Assembly (NCBI GenBank): GCA_963676795.2
Contig: CAXXTB010000001.1
Span: 864,001 to 928,000 of the forward strand
DNA: 64,000 nucleotides
Reading direction: 5' to 3'
Origin: Geopsychrobacteraceae bacterium
GTDB lineage: Bacteria; Desulfobacterota; Desulfuromonadia; Desulfuromonadales; Geopsychrobacteraceae
The notes under the pieces are model-generated. The model worked only from the letters and a program-made list of their open reading frames with translations. It did not search any database and was not told the DNA's origin. Position numbers and translations under genes: made by a program. Position 1 is the stretch's first letter. Every line of letters begins with the position of its first letter. This document shows positions 1 through 9,543 of the stretch, in pieces.

Positions 1-1019
1 ATGACCGCGGGTACCTTGAGGGCGTTGAGCGCTTTTGATTCCTCGACTGTCTGGGTGTATTTGAGCCGGCCGAAGCCGAACGGGTTGTTGTCGTCGTCGG
101 TGAGCAGGAATTCGCGAATCTCCGCATCGTAGGTCTCCGGGTGGAGACGGAAGATGTCCGTGGTCCGGGTCGCCAGCGGGCTGTCGACAAAGACCGGCAG
201 GTCGGGGATACGCCCTTCGCTGTGCAGCCTGTGCAGGGCATAGACCAGTTGCTGGGTGCGGCCGACGGCAAAGGCCGGGATCAGTACCGTACCACCGTGG
301 CTAACCGTATTGTTGATGATCTCCTCCAGGGCTTTTTCCGCCTCCGGGTAGGGTTCGTGATGGCGACTGCCGTAGGTGCTTTCGATCAGCAGAATATCGC
401 AGCCGTCAACGATCGGTTGCGGGTCGCGGATGATCGGGATGCCGGGGCGGCCGATGTCGCCACTGAAAACCAGGCGCTTGCTCTGGCCATTGTCCTCTTC
501 GATATCAAGAATCACATGAGCGCTGCCGAGCATGTGTCCGGCGTCGACCAGGGTCAGGTGGATCCCCGGAAACAGCTGGTGCCGGCGGCCATAGCTGAGG
601 CCGACAAAGTTTTCCATGCTCCGGGCGACATCGGCTTTGGTATAGAGAGGTTCAAACAGATTTTTACCCTGGTCCTTGCGTCTTCGATTGACGAATTCGA
701 CATCCTTTTCCTGGATGAAGGCACTGTCCATGAGCATCACGGCACAGAGATCCCGGGTCGCCGAGGTGGTGTAGATATTTCCTTTGAAGCCGTTCTTGAC
801 CAGACAGGGGATGCGTCCCGAGTGGTCGATGTGAGCATGCGAGAGGATCAGGGCATCGATTTCGCTGCCGTCGCAGAATTCATGGCGGTTGCGCTCAAAG
901 GATTCTTTGCGCTTGCCCTGAAACAGGCCGCAGTCGAGCATGATCTTCCTGCCGTTGACTTCGATCAGATGCTGGGAGCCGGTGACGGTTTGTGCGGCAC
1001 CGTGGAAGGTAAGCTTCAT
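1..1019 (-). CDS. MBL-fold beta-CASP metallo-hydrolase/RNase (3' end runs off the window; absent from ORF track)
   Basis: Manual translation from ATG at 1019 (RBS GGAGG): MKLTFHGAAQTVTGSQHLIEVNG..MLDCGLFQG..THAHIDHSG..AGHMLGS..FSGDIG..ESTYG..PAFAVGRTQ, all MBL/beta-CASP motifs. Confidence 0.9.
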   Translation of the reverse strand, partial: MKLTFHGAAQTVTGSQHLIEVNGRKIMLDCGLFQGKRKESFERNRHEFCDGSEIDALILSHAHIDHSGRIPCLVKNGFKGNIYTTSATRDLCAVMLMDSAFIQEKDVEFVNRRRKDQGKNLFEPLYTKADVARSMENFVGLSYGRRHQLFPGIHLTLVDAGHMLGSAHVILDIEEDNGQSKRLVFSGDIGRPGIPIIRDPQPIVDGCDILLIESTYGSRHHEPYPEAEKALEEIINNTVSHGGTVLIPAFAVGRTQQLVYALHRLHSEGRIPDLPVFVDSPLATRTTDIFRLHPETYDAEIREFLLTDDDNNPFGFGRLKYTQTVEESKALNALKVPAV

Positions 1020-1062
1020 GATGTGTCCTCCTGATCAGAGCATTGTAAAGAGATTTGACAGC

Positions 1063-2136
1063 TTATGGCGCCATTTCGGCCAGGCGTTCGATAATCGGCA
1101 GGTGCTGGGTGCAGCGCTCTTCGCAGGCTCCGCAGCGGATGCAGTCGGCCGCCTGTTCGGCCTTGATCCCCCAGTGCATGCGGAAGCGGTTGAGGATCGC
1201 CTCCTGGTCGCCGCTCAGCAGCTTCTGGTTGTAGCTGTCGAGGAACTTCGGAATCGGAATTCCGGCCGGGCAGGGGAGACAATAGCCGCAGCCGGTACAG
1301 AGCCCGGCAAAAGCGTCCTTGATGTGACCTTTAAGCGCGGCCTGCTGTTCCTCCGTGTAGGGGACAAAGCTGCCAGCCGCGGCAACGGCGGCATCGATCT
1401 CTTCCTTGCAGGCGATGCCGACCAGGGCCGTGCTGATCGCTGGCTGCGACAGGTTGAAATGCAGTGCCCCGCTGACCACGTCGCTGGCCGCTCCACTCTT
1501 GAGAAAAGAGAAGCGCTCCGGGTTGCGCGGAATCAGGCCGCCACTCAAGGGGTTCATGGTGACGACGGCCAGCTTGCGCTTGCCCGCTTCATCGACGGCC
1601 GTCTGGCGGTAAGGGAAGTTGAGGGCATTGTAGCCGAGCAGCACCCCTTCGAAGATTCCTTCGTTGAGAACCCTGGCGATGGCGTCCCCTTCCATGTGGG
1701 ATGAGCAGAACAGCTGCTTGACCAGTCCTTCTTCCCTGGCTTGCAGCGCTGCTTCAACGGCGCCACCTGCTTTGCGCTTCTCCCAGTCCTCGGGGTTCAT
1801 CAGGTGCCAGACATAGAAGATGTCGAGTTGATCGACCTTGAGGCGGGTCAGGCTGCGCTCCAGGCTTTTGCGGAAATCGTCAGCCGTATGGCGGCTGCAT
1901 TTACTCGACAGGATGTAACTGTCACGCGGCAACTGACTCAAGGCGTGGCCGAAGATATCTTCACTGCGGTCGCCGCAGTAGACCGGGGCGGTATCGAAGT
2001 AATTGATGCCCCGGCTGTGGGCATAGAGCAGCAGGTCGGCGCTTTTTTCCAGATTTTCGGCTTCAGCGAAACGCATGCCGCCGAAACTGACGGCGGAAAC
2101 CTGTTGGCCTGTCTGGCCAAAGGGGCGGTAGAGCAT
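1063..2136 (-). CDS. Aldo/keto reductase with C-terminal 4Fe-4S dicluster domain
   Basis: FGGMRF, GINYFDTAPVY, SLERSL..LKVDQLD; C-terminal CTGCGYCLPCP and CIRCGACEERC. Confidence 0.9.
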   Translation of the reverse strand: MLYRPFGQTGQQVSAVSFGGMRFAEAENLEKSADLLLYAHSRGINYFDTAPVYCGDRSEDIFGHALSQLPRDSYILSSKCSRHTADDFRKSLERSLTRLKVDQLDIFYVWHLMNPEDWEKRKAGGAVEAALQAREEGLVKQLFCSSHMEGDAIARVLNEGIFEGVLLGYNALNFPYRQTAVDEAGKRKLAVVTMNPLSGGLIPRNPERFSFLKSGAASDVVSGALHFNLSQPAISTALVGIACKEEIDAAVAAAGSFVPYTEEQQAALKGHIKDAFAGLCTGCGYCLPCPAGIPIPKFLDSYNQKLLSGDQEAILNRFRMHWGIKAEQAADCIRCGACEERCTQHLPIIERLAEMAP

Positions 2137-2158
2137 AAAATCTCCTTTGCGAAAAAAA

Positions 2159-3211
2159 TCAGGAGTCGCTTTCTGATGGCGTCGGAACGTCGGAGCTGAG
2201 CAGAATGGCCAGCCAGCGGGTCGATTCGTTCACTTCCAGGGCGATCTTGACGATCATGGTCAGCGGTACCGACAGGAGCATGCCGACCGGACCTAAGACC
2301 CAGCCCCAAAAAACCAGGGAGGCGAAGACGACCAGTGGCGAAAGTCCGAGCTTCTGCCCCATCAGGCGCGGCTCAACGATGTTGCCCATGATGACGTTGA
2401 TCAGGACGTAGAGCAGCGCAACTATCAGGGCCTGAAAGGGGCCGAGCTGGACGATGGCGAGCAGGACCGCCGGAACTGCGGCAATAATCGAGCCGATATT
2501 GGGGACATAGTTGAGCAGAAAGGCGATCATCCCCCAGAGCAGTGCGTAATCAAGGCCGATGACCAGCAGTCCCAGCGCGACGAAGATTCCGGTGCCGGCG
2601 CTGACCAGGGTTTTGATCGCCAGATACTGCTTGACGCTGTTGTTAAAGCGCTCAAAGGACGCCAGTGACGAGTCGGCATCGCTTAAGGCGGCGCGCAGCT
2701 TGTTCGGCATGCCGGACGCTTCAAGCAGGATAAAGACGACGGTCAGCAGGATCAGGAAGGAGTTGGTCAGCACCCCACCGGCCGTTGCCAGCATGCTCGC
2801 GGCCGACTGCATGATCGCACTCGGGTCGAAATGTTCGAGGATGACCTGTCTGGAGATCTTGATGCCGAGCCTGTCGAGCCAGGTGAACAGGCCGAGGGTC
2901 TGTTGCTGCAGCTTCTGCTGGTAAACTGGGATATCGTTGGAGAAATTGTTGACCGAGCTGCCGACCAGGGTCAGGACCAGCAGTCCTCCGGCCATGACAG
3001 CAACAATGACGACCAGCAGCGCCAGCGGAGATGGAACCTTGTGGCGCTTGAGCCAGTTGAACGGGCCGATACAGACGATGGAGATGAAAAAGGCCAGCAG
3101 GAAGGGGACCAGCAACGCCTGAGCTGTTTTGACCCCGGCAATGACGATGACCAGGGCTGCCAGGGTCAGCAGCAGGGCAGGACAACTTTTGTTGGACATT
3201 GGTGTCGACAT
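2159..3211 (-). CDS. AI-2E family transporter (PerM/YdiK/TqsA-like)
   Basis: Multi-TM protein with LNYVPNIGS, EPRLMG..LGLSP, WG..LGPVGMLLSVPL motifs. Confidence 0.88.
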   Translation of the reverse strand: MSTPMSNKSCPALLLTLAALVIVIAGVKTAQALLVPFLLAFFISIVCIGPFNWLKRHKVPSPLALLVVIVAVMAGGLLVLTLVGSSVNNFSNDIPVYQQKLQQQTLGLFTWLDRLGIKISRQVILEHFDPSAIMQSAASMLATAGGVLTNSFLILLTVVFILLEASGMPNKLRAALSDADSSLASFERFNNSVKQYLAIKTLVSAGTGIFVALGLLVIGLDYALLWGMIAFLLNYVPNIGSIIAAVPAVLLAIVQLGPFQALIVALLYVLINVIMGNIVEPRLMGQKLGLSPLVVFASLVFWGWVLGPVGMLLSVPLTMIVKIALEVNESTRWLAILLSSDVPTPSESDS

Positions 3212-3353
3212 AGAGCTCTCTAAACAGGGCTTTGGGGGCTGGACTCCAACAATAAAACGTCAAGCTTTGTAAATTGTCAATATTTTCAAGCCTGAATCGG
3301 TGGAAGGAGGGGCGGATTCCCGCGAGGAAATCCGCCGTATTAAGCGAACGCTA

Positions 3354-3788
3354 TTATTTCAGGCGGCAGCGCAGCATCTTGATGCCGTCTTCGAACTGAA
3401 TATCCATCTTGTTGGGCGCGATGGTGTTGACCACCTGGCCAAGGCCGAAGGTCGGGTGCTGAATGAAGTCGCCGGTTCTGAAAACGGTCTGCATGCTGTA
3501 CGGTTTGACGTCGCTGTTGGCCGCGGCATGGAGCAGTTCCTGCCAGTTCTCTTCAGCTCTTGTTTGTCTGACACTTTTGCTGGAGCTGGTTCTGGCACCA
3601 GTGCTGGTGCGTGACGTTGTTGTTTTTTCGGCCGGACTGCGATGGTTGTGGACACTGTTGCAGATGTTGCATTGAACGCGGACGACTTTGCCTTCAACCA
3701 TGGCGACGATAGTGTGGTTGGTCGTGTCCTTGCATTTGCTGCAGCGCGAGGCAATGTAATCACCGGCGGACAGTTGTTTTGCAGACAT
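3354..3788 (-). CDS. Conserved hypothetical protein: N-terminal zinc ribbon, low-complexity linker, C-terminal Tudor/CarD-like domain
   Basis: CSKC..H and CNIC..H pairs; C-terminal GDFIQHPTFGLGQV; RBS AAGGAG upstream. Confidence 0.75.
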   Translation of the reverse strand: MSAKQLSAGDYIASRCSKCKDTTNHTIVAMVEGKVVRVQCNICNSVHNHRSPAEKTTTSRTSTGARTSSSKSVRQTRAEENWQELLHAAANSDVKPYSMQTVFRTGDFIQHPTFGLGQVVNTIAPNKMDIQFEDGIKMLRCRLK

Positions 3789-3877
3789 AGGATCTCCTTT
3801 CGACTGTGTGACCTTGCGAGGAGACAGCTTATGTGGGTCTTCATCAGCAAGTGGAACAAAAAAACGGAAGAGGAAAT

Positions 3878-4273
3878 CTAGTCCAGATTGAACTTCAGTG
3901 CAACAGAATTGATGCAGTAGCGCAATCCGGTCGGTTTCGGTCCGTCCGGGAAAACATGTCCCAGATGGGCCTCACAGCGGGCGCAGAGGACTTCGGTCCG
4001 GGGTGGAAAACGTTTATAGTCGGCCTGGTGAATGACCCGTTCAGCGGCAATCGGGCTGAAGTAGCTTGGCCAGCCACTGCCGGAATCGTATTTTGCTGCG
4101 GAGCTGAAGAGTTCAAGGCCACAGCAGCGGCAGCTGTAGCTCCCGGTTTCTGTATGCTTGTCGTACTGGCCGCTGAAGGGAGCTTCAGTCCCCGCTTCGC
4201 GGGTGACATGGTAGACTTCGGGCTCCAGTTCCTGCCGCCATTCGTCCAGGGTTTTTGAGATTTTTTCGCTCAA
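3878..4273 (-). CDS. msrB: Peptide-methionine (R)-S-oxide reductase
   Basis: [47 protein letters not shown]; start placed at TTG 4273 (RBS GGAG), ATG 4297 also possible. Confidence 0.95.
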   Translation of the reverse strand: MSEKISKTLDEWRQELEPEVYHVTREAGTEAPFSGQYDKHTETGSYSCRCCGLELFSSAAKYDSGSGWPSYFSPIAAERVIHQADYKRFPPRTEVLCARCEAHLGHVFPDGPKPTGLRYCINSVALKFNLD

Positions 4274-4380
4274 GCTCTCTTCTCCGAATAAGTGCATAAA
4301 AAAATCATGATAGCACTGTTCCGGTCGCGCTGAACAGCCCTGCTTCTCATTGACCGCTTCGCAGGGGCTGGCGTCTTTGA

Positions 4381-5610
4381 TTAAAGCTTATAGATGTCCT
4401 GGGCCCATTTGACCGCTTCAAGATAGATCGACGCCAGGGAACTTTCCTCGATCTGCAGTTCACTGGCGAGGCGGGAAACCTCCTGCCACTCCCCTTTTTC
4501 CAGGGCGATGACCAGGGTCAGGACCTGCAGCAGGGGGCCTGGGGTGCCGGTCAGGGCTTCGAGGATATCGTCCTCTACGGTGATTTCCGCAAGAATCTCT
4601 TCGATTGGACGGGACATGATGACATCGAGCAGTGAAAACAGTCCCATCAGGAACATGTCCGCTTTGCGGTCGCCCATTCTGGCCGGGAGCGCGAGGTGCT
4701 CACAGAGCCTGGCCCGGATCAGCGAGCTGACAACCAGTTCGGCCGGTTTGTCGTCGGCCATGGAGGAGATCGACAGCAGCGAAACCCAGGAGCGGATTTC
4801 GCGCAGACCGAGCAGGGAAAGGGCCTGAAGGATCGAGGTGACCTTGTTTCTCAGGGCGAAGGCCGCCGAGTTGATCAGTTTGAGCAGTTTGTAGGAAAGA
4901 GAGACTTCACTCTGGATGGTCTGTGCCAGTTTTTTGAAATCGACTTCCTGAGCGTGAACCTCTTTGAGGATACGCAGAAACTGAACCTTGTTGGTCGGGA
5001 TGTCCTTGCGGGAAATAATCACCGGCTTGGCGAAGAAATAGCCCTGGAAATACTGATAGCCCATCTTCCTGGCTTGTTCGTAGACCTCGTGGGTTTCGAC
5101 TTTTTCGGCGAGCATCTTGATCCCGCGCGGGATCATCATGCGGGCCAGGCGTTCCTGTTCCTCGACATCGCTGAGCAGGAAGTCGACCTTGATGATATCG
5201 GCCAGTTCAAGCAGCGGTTCATAATTCTGGTGGTAAACGAAGTCATCCAGAGCCAGGGTATAGCCCTTGTTTTTCAACCTGCGGCAGGCGGCAATCAGTT
5301 CCTCGTCCGGTTCGACATCTTCAAGAACCTCGACAACGGCCTGCTGGCGGGGCAGGGTCGTGATCAGATCTTCCAGCAGGACCCTGCGGGTACAGTTGAC
5401 GAAAGCCTTGGTGCTGCCGGTCATCTCGGAGAGGTCAAACAGCAGATTACTGTTGGCGATGACACTGGCCGCCGCATGATCCTGATCGTCACAGTCAAAG
5501 TAGTTATGCAGCCCGGAGCGGAACAGCAGCTCGTAGGCGTAAACCCTGCCTTTGGTGTCGAAAATCGGCTGTCTGGCTATGAAGTGTTCCAAAGCAAATC
5601 TTCCGCGCAT
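4381..5610 (-). CDS. EAL + HDOD domain c-di-GMP signalling protein (YuxH/PdeH-like)
   Basis: ARQPI..YELLFR, ALDDF, IKVD, LAEKVET, QGYFF then HDOD ([19 protein letters not shown]); true start may be TTG 5592. Confidence 0.9.
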   Translation of the reverse strand: MRGRFALEHFIARQPIFDTKGRVYAYELLFRSGLHNYFDCDDQDHAAASVIANSNLLFDLSEMTGSTKAFVNCTRRVLLEDLITTLPRQQAVVEVLEDVEPDEELIAACRRLKNKGYTLALDDFVYHQNYEPLLELADIIKVDFLLSDVEEQERLARMMIPRGIKMLAEKVETHEVYEQARKMGYQYFQGYFFAKPVIISRKDIPTNKVQFLRILKEVHAQEVDFKKLAQTIQSEVSLSYKLLKLINSAAFALRNKVTSILQALSLLGLREIRSWVSLLSISSMADDKPAELVVSSLIRARLCEHLALPARMGDRKADMFLMGLFSLLDVIMSRPIEEILAEITVEDDILEALTGTPGPLLQVLTLVIALEKGEWQEVSRLASELQIEESSLASIYLEAVKWAQDIYKL

Positions 5611-5803
5611 GAGGATTGGTGATTGAACTTTGCTATATAACCAGAATAAGAAAAAATTAACAAGGCGTTTTTAATGGCGGCTCTCTGTAGTTATTGACCT
5701 GAATATTGCGATGCGCTACTCTCTAAAACATATTTTCACTGAAAGAATAGCGCGTTTTCAGACAGTAATTTTACTGAAATTCTGCATAAGGGGAAGTGTG
5801 GTT

Positions 5804-6121
5804 ATGAAAAAAATTTGTCTGCTGCTGGTTTTGTTGACATTCACGATTGTTGCTGTTGCTGTTGCTGTCCCACCGGGTAAAACCCTGACCTTTGACAAGA
5901 GCGCCATGGGGCCGGTTGAATTTTCGGGAACCATTCACAAGGAAGCCGGCGTTGTCTGTAAGGAATGTCATAACCCGGAGACTTTCCCGAAGATGAAGCA
6001 GGGAACGGTCGAAATCACCATGGCAAAGATCTATGACGGGCAACTCTGCGGCAAGTGTCACAATGGCGACCGCGCTTTTGAAGCCAAGAAGAGCTGCACC
6101 AGGTGTCACGTCAAGAAATAG
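5804..6121 (+). CDS. Periplasmic c7-type triheme cytochrome c
   Basis: Signal peptide MKKICLLLVLL.. plus three CxxCH motifs (CKECH, CGKCH, CTRCH). Confidence 0.9.
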   Translation: MKKICLLLVLLTFTIVAVAVAVPPGKTLTFDKSAMGPVEFSGTIHKEAGVVCKECHNPETFPKMKQGTVEITMAKIYDGQLCGKCHNGDRAFEAKKSCTRCHVKK

Positions 6122-6143
6122 ATTCATTTTTCAGTAGAGTGAT

Positions 6144-6174
6144 CAAAAAAGCCCGCGGAATGCGGGTTTTTTTG
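6144..6174. terminator. Bidirectional intrinsic terminator between cytochrome gene and CRISPR trailer
   Basis: CAAAAAAGCCCGC-GGAAT-GCGGGTTTTTTTG, A-tract and T-tract on either side of the stem. Confidence 0.8.
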
Positions 6175-6215
6175 TGACTTTATTGATTTAAGGTACACTG
6201 GTCAGATGGTGATGC

Positions 6216-8042
6216 GTTTCAATCCACGCCCCCGCATGGGGGGCGACCCGCAGCAAAAGCCCCTGTAAAAACCACAATGGGGTTTCAATCCACGCCCCCG
6301 CATGGGGGGCGACCTCTTCCCAGACCTTGGAGGCCCCTCGATAAGCTGTTTCAATCCACGCCCCCGCATGGGGGGCGACTCTACGTCACCACCTGCACCA
6401 CCCAGACCCTGACTGTTTCAATCCACGCCCCCGCATGGGGGGCGACTCTACGTCACCACCTGCACCACCCAGACCCTGACTGTTTCAATCCACGCCCCCG
6501 CATGGGGGGCGACGCTGCCGTTTACGATGATCCTGAAACTCTTGAAGATGTTTCAATCCACGCCCCCGCATGGGGGGCGACCTGTTGGTGCTTCTGGTGC
6601 AGATTATGGTGCGATGTTTCAATCCACGCCCCCGCATGGGGGGCGACGTCCTGCGCGTCTGGCGGACCAGCTACCGCAAACTGTTTCAATCCACGCCCCC
6701 GCATGGGGGGCGACTTTTCTCTGGTCAGACAGTTGGCGCAAAGGTTCTGGTTTCAATCCACGCCCCCGCATGGGGGGCGACCAGCAGCCCGGGCGGGCTG
6801 GTCAGCGAAGGGCTTGTTTCAATCCACGCCCCCGCATGGGGGGCGACTACTGTTGATTATAAAACTGTTTTGATAGCTGAAGTTTCAATCCACGCCCCCG
6901 CATGGGGGGCGACTGATTATTTCTGAACAAGAATTCTTAAAATTATTAGTTTCAATCCACGCCCCCGCATGGGGGGCGACCGCGGCGGGCGTCAGATTCT
7001 GTGGGCATCAGTCAGTTTCAATCCACGCCCCCGCATGGGGGGCGACTCTGAATAACGTTGAAGTGGGCAGCAATAACAAGTTTCAATCCACGCCCCCGCA
7101 TGGGGGGCGACGTGATTTCAGGGCGCAGTACCTGGAGTGGGCAGAGTTTCAATCCACGCCCCCGCATGGGGGGCGACCTACCGCGTGATTTTTCGCTTCA
7201 GCGCGGTCCTTGTTTCAATCCACGCCCCCGCATGGGGGGCGACAATATTCCGGAGCTTGTCCGCTACCTGTCTGACGTTTCAATCCACGCCCCCGCATGG
7301 GGGGCGACAAGAGCTCGGCGAACTGATCGAGCGGAGCCAGGTTGTTTCAATCCACGCCCCCGCATGGGGGGCGACAAGAGCTCGGCGAACTGATCGAGCG
7401 GAGCCAGGTTGTTTCAATCCACGCCCCCGCATGGGGGGCGACGGCATGCCCCGGCGGTTTCCCTCCTTACCGCCGGGGTTTCAATCCACGCCCCCGCATG
7501 GGGGGCGACAAATACTCATAATGCTCTGGTGTCAGTAGATCGATGTTTCAATCCACGCCCCCGCATGGGGGGCGACAGTCTGGAAAATTTCTTTATCCTC
7601 AAGTTGTAAGGTTTCAATCCACGCCCCCGCATGGGGGGCGACCTCCCTTGGCTTTGCTGAAATGCTTGCAGTCAGGAGTTTCAATCCACGCCCCCGCATG
7701 GGGGGCGACCGGCTTTCATCACCTTTGTCAACTGACGTGGATGGTTTCAATCCACGCCCCCGCATGGGGGGCGACGTGCCGACGGTCTGACCCCTCTTGA
7801 GCCGTCTGGCGTTTCAATCCACGCCCCCGCATGGGGGGCGACCTGGCGCTTCTGAGCAGAGTCCACGAAAATACTCGTTTCAATCCACGCCCCCGCATGG
7901 GGGGCGACGCGTGATCGGTCACGAAGAGTAGGCAAGTCAAAGACGTTTCAATCCACGCCCCCGCATGGGGGGCGACCACCATATGCGTCTGCTTTTTCTT
8001 TCATTGACTTGTTTCAATCCACGCCCCCGCATGGGGGGCGAC
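6216..8042 (-). CRISPR. Type I-C CRISPR array, 28 identical 32-bp repeats (GTCGCCCCCCATGCGGGGGCGTGGATTGAAAC), 27 spacers of 33-36 bp
   Basis: Repeats counted by hand from 6216 to 8011; 7-bp stem and 3' GATTGAAAC typical of I-C; orientation from the AT-rich leader next to cas2. Confidence 0.99.
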
Positions 8043-8217
8043 TGCATGCTGATAACAGCATGATTCTACATTGTTTTTCTTTATATTTATGCGTAGCTTC
8101 GATTTTCGTCTATCAAAAGCAGGTTCAATCTTTCCATTTAATCCATTTTCTATTTATTTTTCAAAGGACTGACAGCCGCGCGAGCCTCCCGGGAAATTCA
8201 TGACTGCTGGGGGTTCG
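8043..8217 (-). promoter_or_regulatory. CRISPR leader
   Basis: AT-rich segment between cas2 stop and first repeat; GCGAACCCC...GGGAGGCTCGC motif at its cas2 end resembles I-C leaders. Confidence 0.85.
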
Positions 8218-8508
8218 CTAAAGAATCAATGGCCCCTCCATATCTATAGCTTCCTTGGCTCCGACGTGTTCAACCCGGCTGCGCCAGTTCGCTCCGAGAA
8301 AATAGAATCGCAAACTATCCTGTTTCTCATCGATAATTTCGACCAGCTGCTGACGCATCGCAGTCCACTGCGCCGGATCAACCAGACATTCAAAAACAGA
8401 GAACTGCACCCGCTGGCCGTGATTCTGACAAACTTTGGCAACCCTGCGCAAACGTCTGGCACCGGCGCGATCAACAGTCGCTACATCATAGCTGACCAGA
8501 ACCATCAT
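8218..8508 (-). CDS. cas2: CRISPR-associated endonuclease Cas2
   Basis: VLVSYDV..RRLRRVAKVC..GQRVQFSVFEC..DSLRFY. Confidence 0.97.
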   Translation of the reverse strand: MMVLVSYDVATVDRAGARRLRRVAKVCQNHGQRVQFSVFECLVDPAQWTAMRQQLVEIIDEKQDSLRFYFLGANWRSRVEHVGAKEAIDMEGPLIL

Positions 8509-8511
8509 GAC

Positions 8512-9543
8512 TCACCTCCACAGAAAGGGGGGATAGATGTCAAGATCACCACGCAGATGACGACTAAGCAACAGTGCCTGGGCAAAAGGCAGCATGCCGA
8601 CCGGGATCTTTTCTTGCAAAAACGGATGTTCTATTTCTTCCTGCTTACGTTTTTGATAGGCGACCAGCAAGGTTTTACGCGTTTCATCATCCATCTTGAC
8701 CGCACCCGACTCCGTTACGGTGAAGCCTTTTTTCTTCACCTGTCCCAGATTGATCAAGGACAGCACCAGGCGATCAGCCAGCATCGGCCGGAATTCTTCC
8801 ATCAGATCGAGAGCCAACCCGCAGCGTCCTGGCCGGTCACGATGCAGATAGCCGACCGCCGGATCGAGTCCGACCGATTCCAGAGCACTGCGCGCATCAT
8901 GGTAGAGTAGAGCATAGGCGAAGGACAGCAATGCATTAACCGGGTCGAGCGGCGGCCGCCGGTTACGCCCCGAAAACACAAAGTCTTTCTTCTGTGCGAC
9001 GATCAGGTGATTAAACTGATCGAAGTAATCTCTGGCTATCCGTCCTTCTACCCCGCGCACGGAATCGAGATTATCCTCCTCCAATAGTCGCTCGGCATAA
9101 CGGGCAAATTGTTTGCAGGTCAGATTCAGCGAACCTGTTTCATTTTTATCGCCATGATCCCGCGTCAGGCGGCCTAGACTAGTTCTGGCGTTGCTCACCT
9201 TGCCGACAACAAACATCCTTGCCAGTTGCGCCGAGGCCTGTAGACAATCGGCACGTCGGTACTGCTCACGACGCAGCAGCACATTACCGCTGACCGGTCC
9301 CTGAACCCGCGCCAGAAAACGACCGTACTGGGTCAGAAAACTGACTGAGACATCATGCTCGGCGCAGTGGCCGAGTAAAAATGGGCTGCACAGCACGTTG
9401 CCGAAACAAACGATCGAACTCAAGGTGATGATCGGCAACCTCAGGCGGGTTTCGTGATCGACCTTGACAACAACCGTCTCCCCCTCTTTGTGCAGGTAGG
9501 CTCCCTGGGTTGTCACGTAGAGTGTGTTCAGCATTTTTCGCAT
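8512..9543 (-). CDS. cas1: Type I-C Cas1
   Basis: LNTLYVTTQG, RGVEG, RNRRPPLDPVNALLSF, GLDP.VG.LH, LALDLMEEFR. Confidence 0.98.
   Translation of the reverse strand: MRKMLNTLYVTTQGAYLHKEGETVVVKVDHETRLRLPIITLSSIVCFGNVLCSPFLLGHCAEHDVSVSFLTQYGRFLARVQGPVSGNVLLRREQYRRADCLQASAQLARMFVVGKVSNARTSLGRLTRDHGDKNETGSLNLTCKQFARYAERLLEEDNLDSVRGVEGRIARDYFDQFNHLIVAQKKDFVFSGRNRRPPLDPVNALLSFAYALLYHDARSALESVGLDPAVGYLHRDRPGRCGLALDLMEEFRPMLADRLVLSLINLGQVKKKGFTVTESGAVKMDDETRKTLLVAYQKRKQEEIEHPFLQEKIPVGMLPFAQALLLSRHLRGDLDIYPPFLWR

Noticed and set aside
1..1019. Beta-CASP nuclease as a CRISPR ancillary gene
   Set aside because: It is more than 5 kb from the array, separated by unrelated genes, and belongs to a widespread housekeeping family.
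141..1704. Long plus-strand ORFs 141-1034 and 940-1704, and similar antisense ORFs elsewhere (26246-27478, 31736-33079, 57387-59045)
   Set aside because: Shadow frames opposite well-supported genes in GC-rich DNA, with no recognisable motifs.
6248..6281. Spacer resembling the terminator region at 34381-34401 (GCAGC..AAAAGCCCC..GTAAA)
   Set aside because: Needs gaps and covers only part of the spacer. No convincing self-target for any array spacer was seen by eye in this window; a full search was not possible.
6277..8203. Repetitive ORFs (FQSTPPHGGR, VSIHAPAWGAT)
   Set aside because: Translations of CRISPR repeats.
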